From positions 62,806,001 through 62,870,000 of the forward strand of contig OX597832.1 in NCBI GenBank assembly GCA_951406725.2: a stretch of 64,000 bases of DNA, given 5' to 3'. A program made the position numbers and the translations under genes. The notes below the pieces were generated by a model. It did no database searches. It saw nothing but the letters and a program-made list of their open reading frames with translations, and was not told where the DNA came from. The first letter of the stretch is position 1; each line of letters starts with the position of its first letter. Below, piece by piece: positions 1 to 13,737 of the stretch. Source of the DNA: Octopus vulgaris. Lineage: Eukaryota.

Positions 1-218
1 GCATATGAATCTATAATTTGAAATGATTATTGGGTACGAAAACATGAATCAATTTATTTACTCGTAAAAAAAAGGTTGTAATAAAATTGACTACATTAAT
101 ATGAATTTAATGAAGCTTAATAAATCGATGGTATAATAGGAATTTGTAGGTTGTAAATTCAATGATTATGGTGGAGAAGAACATATTTAAATGTCAACTT
201 AGACAGTTTAAATAAGTG

Positions 219-810
219 TTTAGATTAATATACGAACTTGAAAGAAACTTAAATTAAAACACCGGCGTGTATATATACGTTTATAATGTGTGTACAAACA
301 CGGAAAGGTACTAGCTATAATATTTTGTCTTGGAAGCTTCTCAAACAGACGGATGCGTTAAAAACATAGGGCATTGCTTTGAACACCGTTGGATGTCCAA
401 GACACAATTTTTCGACATTATTTGATCTCCTCAGAGACGAATATTTAGGACGCTCTGAGCTGCGATGAAAAATTCATGTTCCCACAATCGATTAACAAAT
501 CATTTGCAAAACATTTACTGGTTTCTGCTAAAGCTAGCCAAACTAGGATTAGATTAATATATGTACTTGAAAGAGCCGTAGATTAAAATAATAACCGGTG
601 GTTATACATGTTTATAATACGCACACAAACGTTAAACGGAACTACTAGCTGTAATAGTAGCAGCAATATTTTTGTCATGGAGACGTGCATGTTAAAAACG
701 TCGGGCTCCGCTCTGAACGCCAGTGGATCACCAGATACGATATTTCGGCATGAATTTGTCTCCTCAGTGACAAATACTTCATTAAAGGCTTAAACCGCGT
801 TGGAATCCAA
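219..810. repeat. Old diverged tandem duplication, unit ~330 bp
   Basis: tagattaata..acttgaaaga..attaaaa..accgg..tttataat..acaaac..ctagct..aatattt..gttaaaaac..gaac..tctcctcag.gac at 219-460 recurs colinearly at 550-780. Confidence 0.7.
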
Positions 811-1069
811 GATTTAGGTTTTTTTCTGATGTTTTTGCTTAGATTTTTCCTAATTATTATTACAAAAGAGAAAGGCTATAATAGCGTAGCAACTGCTGTT
901 AGCGACTTGTTGATGAAAAGGGAATATTGTTGAAAGTGAACTTATAGTTGGTAATATCAAATACGAGCAGTCGTAGATGTATACTAGTATAATAGTGAAG
1001 AGTGGGATTATGCGTTCAATATATCGCTACTTATTTGGAAATAGATCAATAAAAAGATATCAAATTATT

Positions 1070-1290
1070 CTCTCTAATACTGGCACAGAGCCAACAATGT
1101 TAAAGGTGCAGGTTAATCAAATTACTTCGACCCCCCCCCTACATAACTGATACTTTATTCCATCGATCTCGAAAGGACGAAAGGCAAAGCTGACACCGGT
1201 GGTATTTGAAAAAAACAAACATAATGAAACAGAAGAAACGTTGCTAGGATTTTGTTCGATGATCTAGCAAGTCCACCGTGTCGCCGGGTT
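1070..1290 (-). mobile_element. tRNA-derived SINE family A, diverged copy
   Basis: Matches family A motif gaaaggacgaaaggcaaag..gac..cgg.gg.atttgaa. Confidence 0.6.
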
Positions 1291-1410
1291 AAAACATTAG
1301 AGTCGAAATCCATTCGAAGTCGATTTGGCCTTTCATTCGAGCGGAATCGGTAAATAGATTATTAGCTATGGTCGGGGAGATTATAGAATTTTATTTTATA
1401 TTTTTCTTGC

Positions 1411-1504
<94 letters not shown>

Positions 1505-1512
1505 TGTGTGTA

Positions 1513-1545
<33 letters not shown>

Positions 1546-1628
1546 GTGTGCGTGTGTGTGTGTGTGTGTCTGTGTGTGTGTGCGTGTCTGTCTGTGTATG
1601 TGTGTATGTATGCATGTATGTATGTACG

Positions 1629-1666
<38 letters not shown>

Positions 1667-1667
<1 letters not shown>

Positions 1668-1985
1668 GGAAAGTGGAAGAAACGAGAATTTTTCTTAATC
1701 ACTACAATTGTTTCGACACCTCTAGCTTCGATCCCTCACGAGTGGGATATTTAACATCTGGTTCAGCACCATTCAACGGTACAGATATGTCTCTTCGGAT
1801 GATTAATAAATATAACTCGTTAAAATAACAGTCACGCAATGTTATCTTCACATTTCGTGTAAAGAAAAACAGCAAATTAAGGATATATTTTCATTTATAT
1901 AGAAGATCAATAATAAAATAACAGACGCAAAAAAAAAAGAAACAAAGACGCAATACAGTGAGAAAGGTATTTGGAAAAACTGCTA
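1667..1985 (-). mobile_element. Penelope-like (PLE)-derived fragment next to (TA)n, carrying a hammerhead
   Basis: Contains HHR 1695-1806; 1787-1830 is homologous to 43396-43438. Confidence 0.6.
1695..1806 (-). ncRNA. Type I hammerhead ribozyme, U4C core (CCGAAGA), branched stem II
   Basis: Minus strand: uuaaucau-CCGAAGA-gacau...guguc-GAAAC-AAUU-GUA/gugauuaa; 8-bp stem I, palindromic stem III ACAAUUGU. Confidence 0.75.
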
Positions 1986-1994
1986 ATGGATATA

Positions 1995-2236
1995 TATTTC
2001 TTTATTGCCCACAAGGGGCTAAACATAGAGGGGACAAACAAGGACAGACAAAGGGATTAAGTCGATTACATCGACCCCCCCCCCCCCAGTGCGAAACTGG
2101 TACTTTATTTATCGGCCCCGAAAGGATGAAAGGTAAAGTCGACCTCGGCGGAATTTGAACTCAGAACGTAACGACAGACGAAATACCGCTAAGCATTTCG
2201 CCCGGCGCGCTAACGAGTCTGCCAGCATGCCGCCTT
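1995..2236 (-). mobile_element. tRNA-derived SINE family A (alternative 3' tail), near full length
   Basis: Minus strand GGCGGCATGCTGGCAGAC head, B box GAGTTCAAATTCC, central gaggtcgactttacctttcatcctttcgggg domain resembling the Meta/MESC SINE domain. Confidence 0.85.
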
Positions 2237-3973
2237 AAACTGTTAATGGATATGGATGGTTAAACGCCCTCACATAAGTTGTATGACACATGTACAATCG
2301 CTTATACAAGTATCCACGAAGATGTAAACATACGCATGCGTGTTGTTTGGTGCGCATAAGTTCACATAGTGAGTTAGATTGCTACTTAGTGTTTATAAGG
2401 ATGGGAAGGTTAAAGCTAAACTTAATTCATCCAAATTGTGTTAACAGTTACTCAAATTCATTCGCACTGCATTGTGAGAAAGTACATGTATTTTCATGTC
2501 GGCATCTTGAGAGTTTTTCAGAAAGTCTATTAATGATCTTCTCATTGGTCCACAGGATTGACAGGGATTCCTCGGAGCAGAGTCGCATCTCCTGTATGTA
2601 TGTATGTATGTATGTATGTATGTATGTATGTATGTATGTATGCAGGTTTATGCTTTCCTGATAGATTCCGTCAACGAAACTCATTCATTGGTGGGCCTGG
2701 AGCTATAATAGAAAGCACTTGCCCAAGGTGGAGCAGCGGAATGAGACTGAACACGAAATCATGTTGCTGTAAACCAAGTTTCTTAACCACACAACCACTA
2801 ATTCTCCACCGAGTTTATCTCCGATCGTCGTAAAGTCTCTCATATTTAAATATGTACGTTGCATTGAAATCGAACTTTGAATTCATGTTTCTCTACATAT
2901 TACACTTTGCAAACGAAAAAAGACGTGAGGTGTTGCAAGAAAGATCAGTTTGAGCCATTTCCTTGTTTGAAAACTTGGGTTTCTAGAACAAAGAAGAAGT
3001 TTTGTTTATCGAAATATGAGGCCAGAGTAATTCCTTGAACAAACGTTTGGGTAAGCTTTGTAGTAAAAATGCTACACAAAGTAGATATAATACATGCCTT
3101 AGAAATTAAATAGAAAAGACGAGAATAAAGATTTAAATAGGATATTAAAACTCTGTTCTTATCTTCAGTTCTAAGCTAACCAAATCCATTCTTTAATCAG
3201 AGTTGTTTAGTTTCTTTGCTGAAAGAATCCATTATAGTTTCGAAACGACACTAAAATATGGTTAGATTAATGATCGACCGTCCGTGTCAACTCAACAAAT
3301 ACAAGATATCTTCAAATATTTATCTATTACGTTAGCACCACCAGACTACAATGTTACTATGTGGTGTGTGAAGTATCACAAAATGTCTGACCTTCGCTCG
3401 CAGAGAAGCATTTAAATTCAGAATCTCGACAGAGGAAGTTTAAACTTTTAAAAGTAAATGTTAAATGACAGAAGAACTAAGGCAACTAACTAACCTGTCA
3501 GTTTATGACAGTCAAAGATATCTTAAAGATTGTAACATGTGTAAGCAGCATAAGTTGAGACGTTATCGGAATGATTTTGCAGTGGCTGTGTACTTCACAG
3601 TCAACGTTGCCTACGTGGTAGCCATTTTGTTTTCAAGAAGATAATTTCATTTGATGTTTTCGCATCAAGAAATTTTTCTGCTACTGAAGATAGAATTTGA
3701 ATAAAAGGAAATACGAAACAAAGTAATTGATGCAAAAATACATATTGAGGTTCGAGCCATAGAAAGATCAGGGGTCATTCTATTTGACCTTCGGAAATTT
3801 ACATCTAATTCTCTTTCACTGTGCCTATGTTTGTTTCTGTTTATATATCTCCTTCCTTTTTTTTCTCAATAATATATATGCAGTAATATATGTGCATGCA
3901 TGTATATACGTATACATGCGGGCATATATATTATTGCATTATACGTATATACATGCGTGTATATATATTATTG

Positions 3974-4014
<41 letters not shown>

Positions 4015-4446
4015 ACATACACACTCATACATACATACATATATATATATATACATTTATATTTATGTATACAGACACGCGTGTGAGTGCATATGTGTAT
4101 GTTTCATTCAAGTGTTACATTATTCTCCCACTCACATTTTGATCTCATTGTGGTTCCAGCATCTTTATGAATTTACATATACCTATGCACATGCATAACC
4201 CTATACACCTTAATACACCTGTAATTCACACACATATATGTATATACGCATGCGTTACTTTCCCTCCTTTTCTATTATTTTCTTAAATGTCTACTTCAAA
4301 GCTATATTTATCATTTTTCCTTTGCCCGTTTACAACCTGTGCTGTAAGAGAAATAAGGTGGTTTTTAGTACCTTTTGACACATATTTCTAGCGTATTGGA
4401 GAGGTTCTTTCAATCCCTTTAATATAATTATGTATATAATTATATG

Positions 4447-4525
4447 TGGAGGCACATAGCCTAGTGGTTAGAGCAGCGGACTCGCGGTCGAGGGATCGCG
4501 GGTTCGAATCTCAGACTGGGCGAGA
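4447..4525 (+). mobile_element. Isolated tRNA-like SINE head or tRNA pseudogene
   Basis: A box TAGCCTAGTGG and B box GGTTCGAATCT; acceptor stem does not pair. Confidence 0.65.
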
Positions 4526-6864
4526 TTTCTCTCACTCACTCATCTTCCTCACCCTTTCTTTCTCTATCTCCATCTCTGCCTTTCTCTCTGCATTTTTCTC
4601 ACCCTCTATCCATCTCTTACTCTCCTTCTCCTCCCCTATCCCCCTCCCACTCTCTCTACAATCCTTCTACAATCACTATATCTTGTTATATTTTATCTAT
4701 TTTTCTTACTTTATTATTTTATTTTATTTATTTTCATTTTATTTTCTTATTTGCCTTAATTCTTTCTTTCGTGTTATTAACTGATTTTATCGAGATTTTG
4801 AATATTTTTCTCTTTTTCCTTTCGTATTTCAAAAAAATTTTGTGTTCTTGTTTTTTTGTAAGCTTTCTTTGTTTTATTCTTACATTTTATATTATATTAA
4901 ACATTTGTTTGTATTTTTTATTTTCATTTTCAGTTAATCTTATTTTTAGGTGTTTTTTTAATATTTTAAACTATTCTTATTTTTTTATATATTTGTTCAT
5001 TTTTAGTGACTTTTATTTCACTGCTTCAATTTTTAGTCATTTTTCGTAGTATTTTTTGTAAGTTTTTTTGTTATTTCTTCTTACTATTTCTTTATTATTC
5101 TTTCTATTTGTTTTTAATTTTCTGGTTGCAATATTTTTTCGTTTATTCTTATATTCTTTAAATGCATTATATCTATATATGTCTGTATTTTGTTTTTGTT
5201 TTTGGTTTATAATATTGTCTTTGCTGAGCGAGAAATAGAAATAATTTTATTTTACAATCGCAACAATTCAAACTCTAACACAGTGGGAAAAAATATTTTA
5301 ATTTAACTTGAAAATCATTTGCGCATCCATTTATTTTATCATTATAACTTTTTCCTCGAAGAAGCTTTAGAAAATGATGACATTCTAATAATAGCCATGA
5401 AGCCTTGAGAATTCTAAACGAAGACTAAATGAAAAAGTTCATACTATTTCGTAAAAGATCATACTTTTCTAAAAGTTGGTTGATCTGCGCAACGGAAAGC
5501 AAAAATATTTCGATGTGAAATAACGTTTCGGACATACGAAAATCTTTTACATCCAAAAGTCAATATGTATTAGGAAAATGGTAATGCCGATTTTGTTTTT
5601 TATTTGTTTGTTTTTGTTGTTGCTTTTTTGTGCTTTCACTACAGCAATATAGAAATTCGAAGTTTACTGTTATTTGATCCTTGTTCCTATATCTGTGCTC
5701 ATAAAATAAGCAAATTACAAAACTTGACATTACGATTTCAGTGCTAAGGTGCTCAACACTTGCCGAAAACCTTTTTTACTGATTCAGCATTCATATAAAT
5801 GTTCTAAAATTTGAAGTATCAAGGACATGAGAAGGGATTTGCTCGTAGATTTTCTAAGAGCATTACAGGAGCTAATAAAATGAAATAAAGCTTCAGCATT
5901 TTAAATCGGAGCACAGAGACAACATTCATATCATCCGTAAATTACAATTTAGCGTCTTGAAAACGGAAGGAACATTGAATTCAATATTCAGATAAATACG
6001 TTTTTTAGAAATATTTCTTTTATTTCAATCGTTTCCAATGTTATTTGAATTAACATGAAAAGTAATTTTACCAAAGAGTTTTATAGGGTATTTTGTTTTT
6101 GTTTTTTTTTAGCTGTTTTATTCCTCTATAATTTTTGCTTATTGTTTGTGAAATTTGTATAAATTTGACTGTTTTCAGATGTATGATGATGGAGCGCCAA
6201 GTAGACAAAAAAAAACTCAGAATTTATCTGACAACGCAATTTATTGAAAATATAGTCAAAGATATGTTACATCTATAAAAATAAAGATCATCACGGTTAG
6301 AATGTTTGGCTCCTAAATTTAATCGTTCAGAGGCGAGCCAAGGGCTAAACAACAATAAGAGCATCGACAAAAACAAATGCATCGTATTTTACAGATTGTT
6401 AAGAGTTTAACACTTATTCTACAGCGTTTGACACCCATTACTAAAGATTTAATGTCACATTAAAGAACTAACTCCCTTTGTGATATAAATCTTTGCATTC
6501 CGCCATTGTTGTATATACCTTTGTTGTCAACCAGTGATATATGTATATGTGTATATATATATATATAGAGAGAGAGAAAAATACAGAGAGAGAGAGAGAA
6601 TGAGAGAGAGAGAGAAATGTATGTATGTATGTATGTATGTATGTATGTATGTATGTATGTATGTATGTATGTACGTACGTATGTATGTATGTATGTATGT
6701 ATGTATATTGATATACATCTATAATATCAAATGTTCAGAAATGAATATTAGCTATCAGATGTAAAACGAATGTTTGTTAATCAATAAAAAAAAATACTTC
6801 AATTGAGCTTTTTTTTTACATTGAATAAACACGTTTACAGGACTTTCAAAGTTTTGACCTCATT

Positions 6865-6920
<56 letters not shown>

Positions 6921-7107
6921 CAAACAAAACTCGTATAAAGATGGAAAGATTCTAAATTATATCTATGTACGCACGTATTTATGTGTACAGATATCTGTCT
7001 ATCTATCTACCTATCTGTCTGTCTGTCTACCTATCTGTCTCTATCTATCTATCCATCTCTCTGTCTACCTACCCATCTATCTGTCTGTCTGTATGTCCTG
7101 TCTATTT

Positions 7108-7525
7108 CTTTTACTCCTTTACTTGTTTCAGTTATTTGACTGTGGCTATGCTGGAGCACCGCCTTTTTAGTCGAGCAAATCGACCCCAGGACTTATTCTT
7201 TGTAAGCCTAGTACTTATTCTATCGGTCTCTTTTGCCGAACCGCTAAGTTACGGGGACGTAAACACGACAGCAACAGTTGTCAAGCGATGTTGGAGGGAG
7301 CAAACACAGGCACACAAACATATACACACACACATACATATATATATATATACATATATGCAACGGGCTTCTTCCAGTTTCCGTCTACCAAATCCACTCA
7401 CAATGCTTTGGTCGGCCAGAGGTTATAGTAGAAGACACTTGCCCAAGGTGTCACGCAGTGGGACTAAACCTGGAACCATGTGGATCGTAAGCAAACTACT
7501 TACTATACAGCCACTCCTACGCCTA
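7108..7525 (-). mobile_element. tRNA-derived SINE family B, full length, with internal microsatellite
   Basis: Minus strand head GGCGTAGGAGTGGCTGTATAGTAAG, CORE-like accttgggcaagtgtcttctac, tail ggtgctccagcatagccacagtcaaataactgaaacaagtaaa; many copies in the window. Confidence 0.9.
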
Positions 7526-7750
7526 TAAATTCTATCTACCTACCATATCTTATATATCTTTCTGTTTACCAATGTATATACATATAAAAACTGCATATAC
7601 ACACAGCAGTACACGTTTATACACACACACACACACACTCATATATATACTTATATATGTATATATTTATGAATCAATACTTGTTACAAATATACGTACC
7701 GGACCACATAATCTCATATGGAGTTATACACACAAACACTTACACACACA

Positions 7751-7803
<53 letters not shown>

Positions 7804-8165
7804 GCACATGCATGCATATAATATATATATATACATCTTTTACACGTACATAAACACACACGTATTCATATATACACATATATATAATGGTGATCCACTG
7901 GTGCTCTGATCGAAGCCTTGTGCTTCTTAACACACACTCTAGATGAGATATCTGTCTGAAACAAAATATTACAACCTTATTGCCGTTGGGACTGGTTTGA
8001 GAGAAATTTGGCTGATATTTCCGACAGAGAAACGTTGACTTGATATTTTAGCTGCTAGACTCATGATCCAATGATATTAATACATCCGGGAACTCTCCCC
8101 TTCCTTCCAGCTGTCACGTACTGGATGTCTCGTTGAGAGGGCAGGGCCAAAAAGGGGGGCTATAT

Positions 8166-8197
<32 letters not shown>

Positions 8198-8198
<1 letters not shown>

Positions 8199-8380
8199 GT
8201 AAGAATTTACAAAAAACAAAAGACGAAGACAGGTGTGTAAACAAGAAACAGATGTATTATTTTAACGCTCGGGAAGTGAGAAACTCTTTTACATTTCGTA
8301 CCTACGCTCTTCGACAGAAAGGTACACAGAAATAAACACGGAGAGAAATTAGAAAAATTTTAGTGGCTAGCGATCTATTA
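8198..8380 (-). mobile_element. Short PLE-type element in (TA)n with minimal HHR-like motif at 8286-8321 (core CUGUCGA)
   Basis: Homologous to 43037-43250 and 54963-55190; (TA)n on both sides. Confidence 0.7.
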
Positions 8381-9218
8381 TATATATATATATATATATA
8401 TATACGAGCATAAAAGCTGCCCTCTGTGGAGGGGTCTTCATTAGGCTTTGAGCCCAATAATGACACTTCATGCATTGAGTAGAAATAAAATTAAACTTGA
8501 CAAATATTTTTCAAGCAATGAACAATTTTCGTGAAAACAATGATATAATATGTAGACTTGGAAATTATTGCAAAGCTTCATGATAAATTTCTTTTTCTTC
8601 CTATTCAGGTGTCAGTTCATTTTTTCTGTGTACCCCCCTCTCTCTCTCTCTTTGTTTCTGTTGATTGTTTTCAACCATCACCATCACCTTTACCACCACC
8701 GTCGCCACCACAACTTCCATACACACACCATACAGAATTCTGATGCCACCATCATCAACACCTTCGACTTCGTCGCCTTCCCCTCCACCACCATCACACT
8801 GTCTTTGTCATCCCTTACTATCACCGTCAAGCTTTACTGCCCCAGCTACCACCATCATCACCGTCGCCTCCGGCTCTATTACAACTACAGCTCATACTAT
8901 TACTGTCACCCCATTACCATCTCAACTGTCAATCTACAACTGTCCTCACCGTCTCTATACCTACTATTATTCTCACCCCAGCAAGAGGAGTAGAAGTGTC
9001 ATTAAATAGTGAGAGAGGAGGTCAAAGTGTGACACACTGACACACAGAAATACGTTTCGGCATTTACTATATACATATATATATATATCACCGTGATCAC
9101 CGTGACCGACCAGGCTATCAGATGTTGTCACAATGCGCTTCGCATTGTTTTAGCCTTCAAATAACGCCGCCCGGCTGGCTAAGCGAGCAGGCCAATATAT
9201 ATATATATATATATATAT

Positions 9219-9420
9219 TACGGAGATGTACTTGCAATGCAAGTGACCTGATCTGAGATCGTGTGCTGGAACGAAGACAATTGCAGCGTGGAAGGTGTTT
9301 ATAAGCCATTTAAGAAGCACACAAAATCCCTTAGATTCACTTCAACATTTAAATTTGATTTAGCAAAATATTTTCGTCGCTTTGAGATCGCGACCTATTC
9401 GCTGACAAAATTCCGTGCTG
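9219..9420 (-). mobile_element. Short PLE-type element in (TA)n with HHR-like motif at 9363-9408
   Basis: Homologous to 57518-57620 and 61697-61865; minus strand ugucA-GCGAAUA-G-gucgc..gcgac-GAAA-AUAU-UU. Confidence 0.65.
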
Positions 9421-9427
9421 TTATATA

Positions 9428-9491
<64 letters not shown>

Positions 9492-9493
<2 letters not shown>

Positions 9494-10038
9494 GTAGGAT
9501 AAAATATTTTTTCTAAAACAAAAATTTTCTTTTTTCGAAAAAAATTTTATCAATGGCCAGCATATTAAAAAATACCTTTAAAGCATATATATATATAAAC
9601 AATTCATAATTCATAAATAAGGGCAAACGAAAAAATTTCAAATGCCAAATATGCCGAAAAATTGGACATATTGTCCATTAACCATATAATTTTTTCAAAT
9701 ACGCACGCTACTCGAAAAAAGGTCGACAGAAATTTCTAAAAAATTTCTAAAAAATTAATCTTTGCTTCTTCCATGGGTATGAGTAAGTATCTCATTTATT
9801 TATTTTGCCACATGTATCACTGACGAAGGGAGGGCTGTTTATGAGCTAACCCTGAAATCGATCCGATATGGTAATAATGGAATTTTTTAGAAATTTCTGT
9901 CGACCTTTTTTCGAGTAGCGTGCGTATTGTGAAAAAATTATATGGTTAATGGACAATATGTCCAATTTTTAGGCATATTTGGCATTTGAAATTTTTTCGT
10001 TTGCCCTTATTTATGAATTGTTTATATATATATATGCT
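9492..10038. mobile_element. Fold-back PLE-derived non-autonomous element; inverted arms ~9580-9745 and 9880-10038
   Basis: Near-identical inverted arms of ~160 bp; homologous to 53405-54064; HHR in the spacer. Confidence 0.85.
9815..9873 (+). ncRNA. Type I hammerhead ribozyme, canonical core
   Basis: uauca-CUGACGA-aggg...cccu-GAAA-ucg auc cga-UA/uggua; predicted cleavage after AUA at 9868. Confidence 0.85.
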
Positions 10039-10569
10039 TGCGACTATCTAGATACTTAAAACAATGCTACTTTATTATACTGACATGTAAGGGGCAGCTG
10101 TGGTAGTAGATATTGGGAGAGAACAATGTAGGGTTTTGCCTTTTCGTCTTAAAAGAGAGTATTATGAACTGGTGCGTCGGCAAGGCACTCAGGTACGTTA
10201 CGATCAATGTATTTAAGCAACCATGACGAGTATTTATTCAGAGATTTCACTGAATTTGACATGGTTAAATACGGGTTTACGATACTCTCTTACTAATGAA
10301 CGACATGAAACAAAGGAAGAAAAATGATGGAGGCGGTGATGAAAGAAAGACAAAAGAGTCATTTAGAATTTTAAATGTACGCTAGTATATAACGTATGCA
10401 CACGCATGCACGTACCCTCATGAGCGTGTGTGTGTAAACTTGTGCATGTGTACGTGTGTGTGTGTATGTTTGTGTGTATAACTGCGTATGAGATTGTGTG
10501 GTAGGGTACGTGTATTTGTTACACACACTGATTCATACAATTATATGTATATATATATATATATATGTT

Positions 10570-10623
<54 letters not shown>

Positions 10624-10741
10624 TGTGTGTGAGTATAAATGTGTACTGTTGTGAGTATATGCAGGTTTATATGTATATACATTAGTAGAAAGATGTATAT
10701 GATATGGTAGTGAGATAGATAGATAGACAAAGATCACTGCT

Positions 10742-10791
<50 letters not shown>

Positions 10792-10913
10792 CATACACAC
10801 ATGCACATATATGCGTTTTTGAAAGTTAAACACTAAATCAAAAGAAGGAAGGTCAATGTCCATGACCCATATACTTACACCCCCCACACATAGATATGTA
10901 ATACCTCGATCAC

Positions 10914-10945
<32 letters not shown>

Positions 10946-11331
10946 ATACACATACGAAGGCGTAGAGAAAGAGTTATTGGGTGAAATGAGTGGGCTGTAC
11001 ATCTGTGTAGAGGTGTATTGCCAGTAAATATATTAAACTGATCAAAGAGAGAATATGAAGAGGAAAAAATACTGATTTTTATATGACCTAGTTTCACCAC
11101 TCTTCTGAATACTCCTTATATTTCTTGCATCTTTCCGCTACCCACCCACGCCTACCACTTCTTACACTGTAATGAAATAATTGGTTAATTAGAGAAGATA
11201 GACAACAAATTTGCATTTAGAAAGCCGTGACATGAAAGGGGGTTTCGTTTTTTACTTTCTCCTGAGTTTATTTTATAATTTTGTAGTGATTTTATCGTGT
11301 TTAATATTATTATCATTATCATTATTATTAC

Positions 11332-11416
<85 letters not shown>

Positions 11417-12654
11417 TAATTTGTAAGTTGTTCCCTCGGTTCACTCGCCGAAACGAAAAAGAGCGTTTTGTCACAACCTCATATGTCTTGCCAAACAGGC
11501 CGATGTGTTCTTTCCCTTTGTAGTTGCAAATATATCGTTTTGCCTGAAAAATAACAGCCATTTTTTCTCTATTTTGTTTATCCATTTTGTTTATTTATTC
11601 ATTTATTTTCATTGCTTTCTGTTGTTTTTTTTCTCGTTGTTGTTGTTGTTATTTCCTGGGAAAGCAACATTTATCATTTAAGGTTCCTATTCAAATCTTA
11701 TAAATCAAAAAGATCGTTCGAGTTACATTCAATAAGGTTGACAAGTGAATGTAACTTCAAAATAATAACGCGGATAAAGGAAATAGCGGTCATAATAACA
11801 GACAAGGAATTTGTTGAATAAATAAAAGTAATACTTATAGTAGGTATAGACTGAATGACACGAAAACTAAAATGTATAAGATGCTAGCAACATGTTGAGA
11901 GAGACTGATGTCTTTGTCCAAGGATAATGTCCGCGAAAATGAATTTATTAAGAAAAAAAAATATTGGCTGTTTGTATTTTCTTGGGGGTTAATCATCGTC
12001 TGCTTATCGATTCAAGAAACGATGTCTTGTTATGGTGGACATTACTAAGAATCTGTAGTCAGCTCTTTAATATTCTCTGCATTAAATAAGTTAACAATGA
12101 CTAGAGAATGACTTGTCTGACATATATTTTCCTTCTCTATACAAGGGCAACGCTATTTTTTCTTTCTTCAGCAACACGTGTATATACTCCCGGCCATTAA
12201 ATTACTATTATTGATTGCCGCAATCACTTCTACGACAAGTATATTGGAGTCTATGCTTCACTGATAAGGTTTTAGAGAATAAGAAGGAAACATACTCACA
12301 CTTGTCTTCCATATTTACTGACATAACAACAACAACAGCAATAATAATAATAGTGATAATGATGATGATGTTGACGGTGGTGGTGGTGGTGGTGGTGGTG
12401 GTGGTGGTGGTGGTGGTGATGGTGGTGGTGGTGGTGGTGGTGGTGACGGTGACAACGACGACGACAAAAATAATACTTTCTTATTTTGGCATAAGGCCAG
12501 CAAATATGGAGGGTTGAGAACTTCCGTAACATCAACCCCAGTTGTCAACTGGTACATATTTTATCAACTCCGAAACGATGAAAGGCAAAGTTGACAGCTG
12601 TAAAGACTGTGCCTATAATAATTAGTGCATTGGGAACTGTAAGCAAAAATATTT

Positions 12655-13000
12655 CTTTCTACTCTAGGCACAAGGCCCGAAATTTGGGGGCAGGGGGCCA
12701 GTCGATTAGGTCGACCCCAGCCTTATGAGTGGATCTGGTACACGGAAACTGAAAGAATCCCGTCGTATACATGTATATATATATGTGTGTATGTATATGT
12801 TTGGGTGTCTGTACCTGCCCCCCATCCAACATCGCTTGACACCCGACGCTGTTGTGTTTACGTCCCCGTAACTTAGCGGTTCGGCAAAACAGACCGATAG
12901 AATAAGTACTAGGCTTACAAAGTCCTGGCGTCGATTTGCTCGACTAAAAAGGCGGTGCTCCAGTATGGCCACAGTCAAATGAGTGAAACAAATGAAAAGA
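12655..13000. mobile_element. Chimera of SINE A tail (minus) and 5'-truncated SINE B (plus)
   Basis: ctctaggcacaaggcccgaaattt...gtcgaccccag joined directly to ccttatgagtggatctggta...ggcggtgctccagtatggcc. Confidence 0.75.
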
Positions 13001-13670
13001 GTAAAAAAATGAGTAAGAGAATTTAAGGAAATTTCCTAATCTTCTGTTTAAGAATGTTGACGCGCTAATACTCCGATTCGAAACTGTTGAATACAAGTGT
13101 AACATTTCAGTTACGTGCACATATACACATACTCATGGAAAAATGGATTTAACGTTATAAGTCAACAAGCCGACATGTAGCATATACGTTATTGCTCTAG
13201 CAGCATGACACAATAGCTAAGAATCTCTCAAATCAAACCTGTCTGCGTTTTAAAAGAAATGAGGTATATATGGGGCAATACCGTTAGGGATAGACATTTT
13301 CTAAAAGACAGGATTTTCCACGGTTAGGATATTTCGGCACGTAAGTCTACAAATGCAAGGCAGAGCAGAAAGTAAACAACGATAACGTTTAAATTCATGA
13401 AATTAGTTTCTGAAGAGAGCGAAAATATCTACCGACGTTTTACACCTCGGAAATGACGCGTTTGTGTATAAAAATGATAAACAGATCAGATATGCATGTG
13501 AGTGTGTGTGCGTGTGTGTGTGTGTGTGTCTGTGTGTGTGGGTGTGTGCAGTGGGTATACATATATGTATATATATATATATATACGCGTCTATATATTC
13601 ATATATATGTGTGTATAAGTATGTATGTATATGTATATATATATATACATACATATATATATATATACAT

Positions 13671-13737
<67 letters not shown>

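Noticed and set aside
3207-3250. ctgaaaga...gaaacgac as a hammerhead
   Set aside because: Core spacing wrong and no stems I or II
4447-4525. Functional tRNA gene
   Set aside because: Acceptor and anticodon stems do not pair properly; resembles SINE heads
8070-8160. HDV-like pseudoknot
   Set aside because: Some pairings are possible, but no catalytic J4/2 C or proper L3/P1.1
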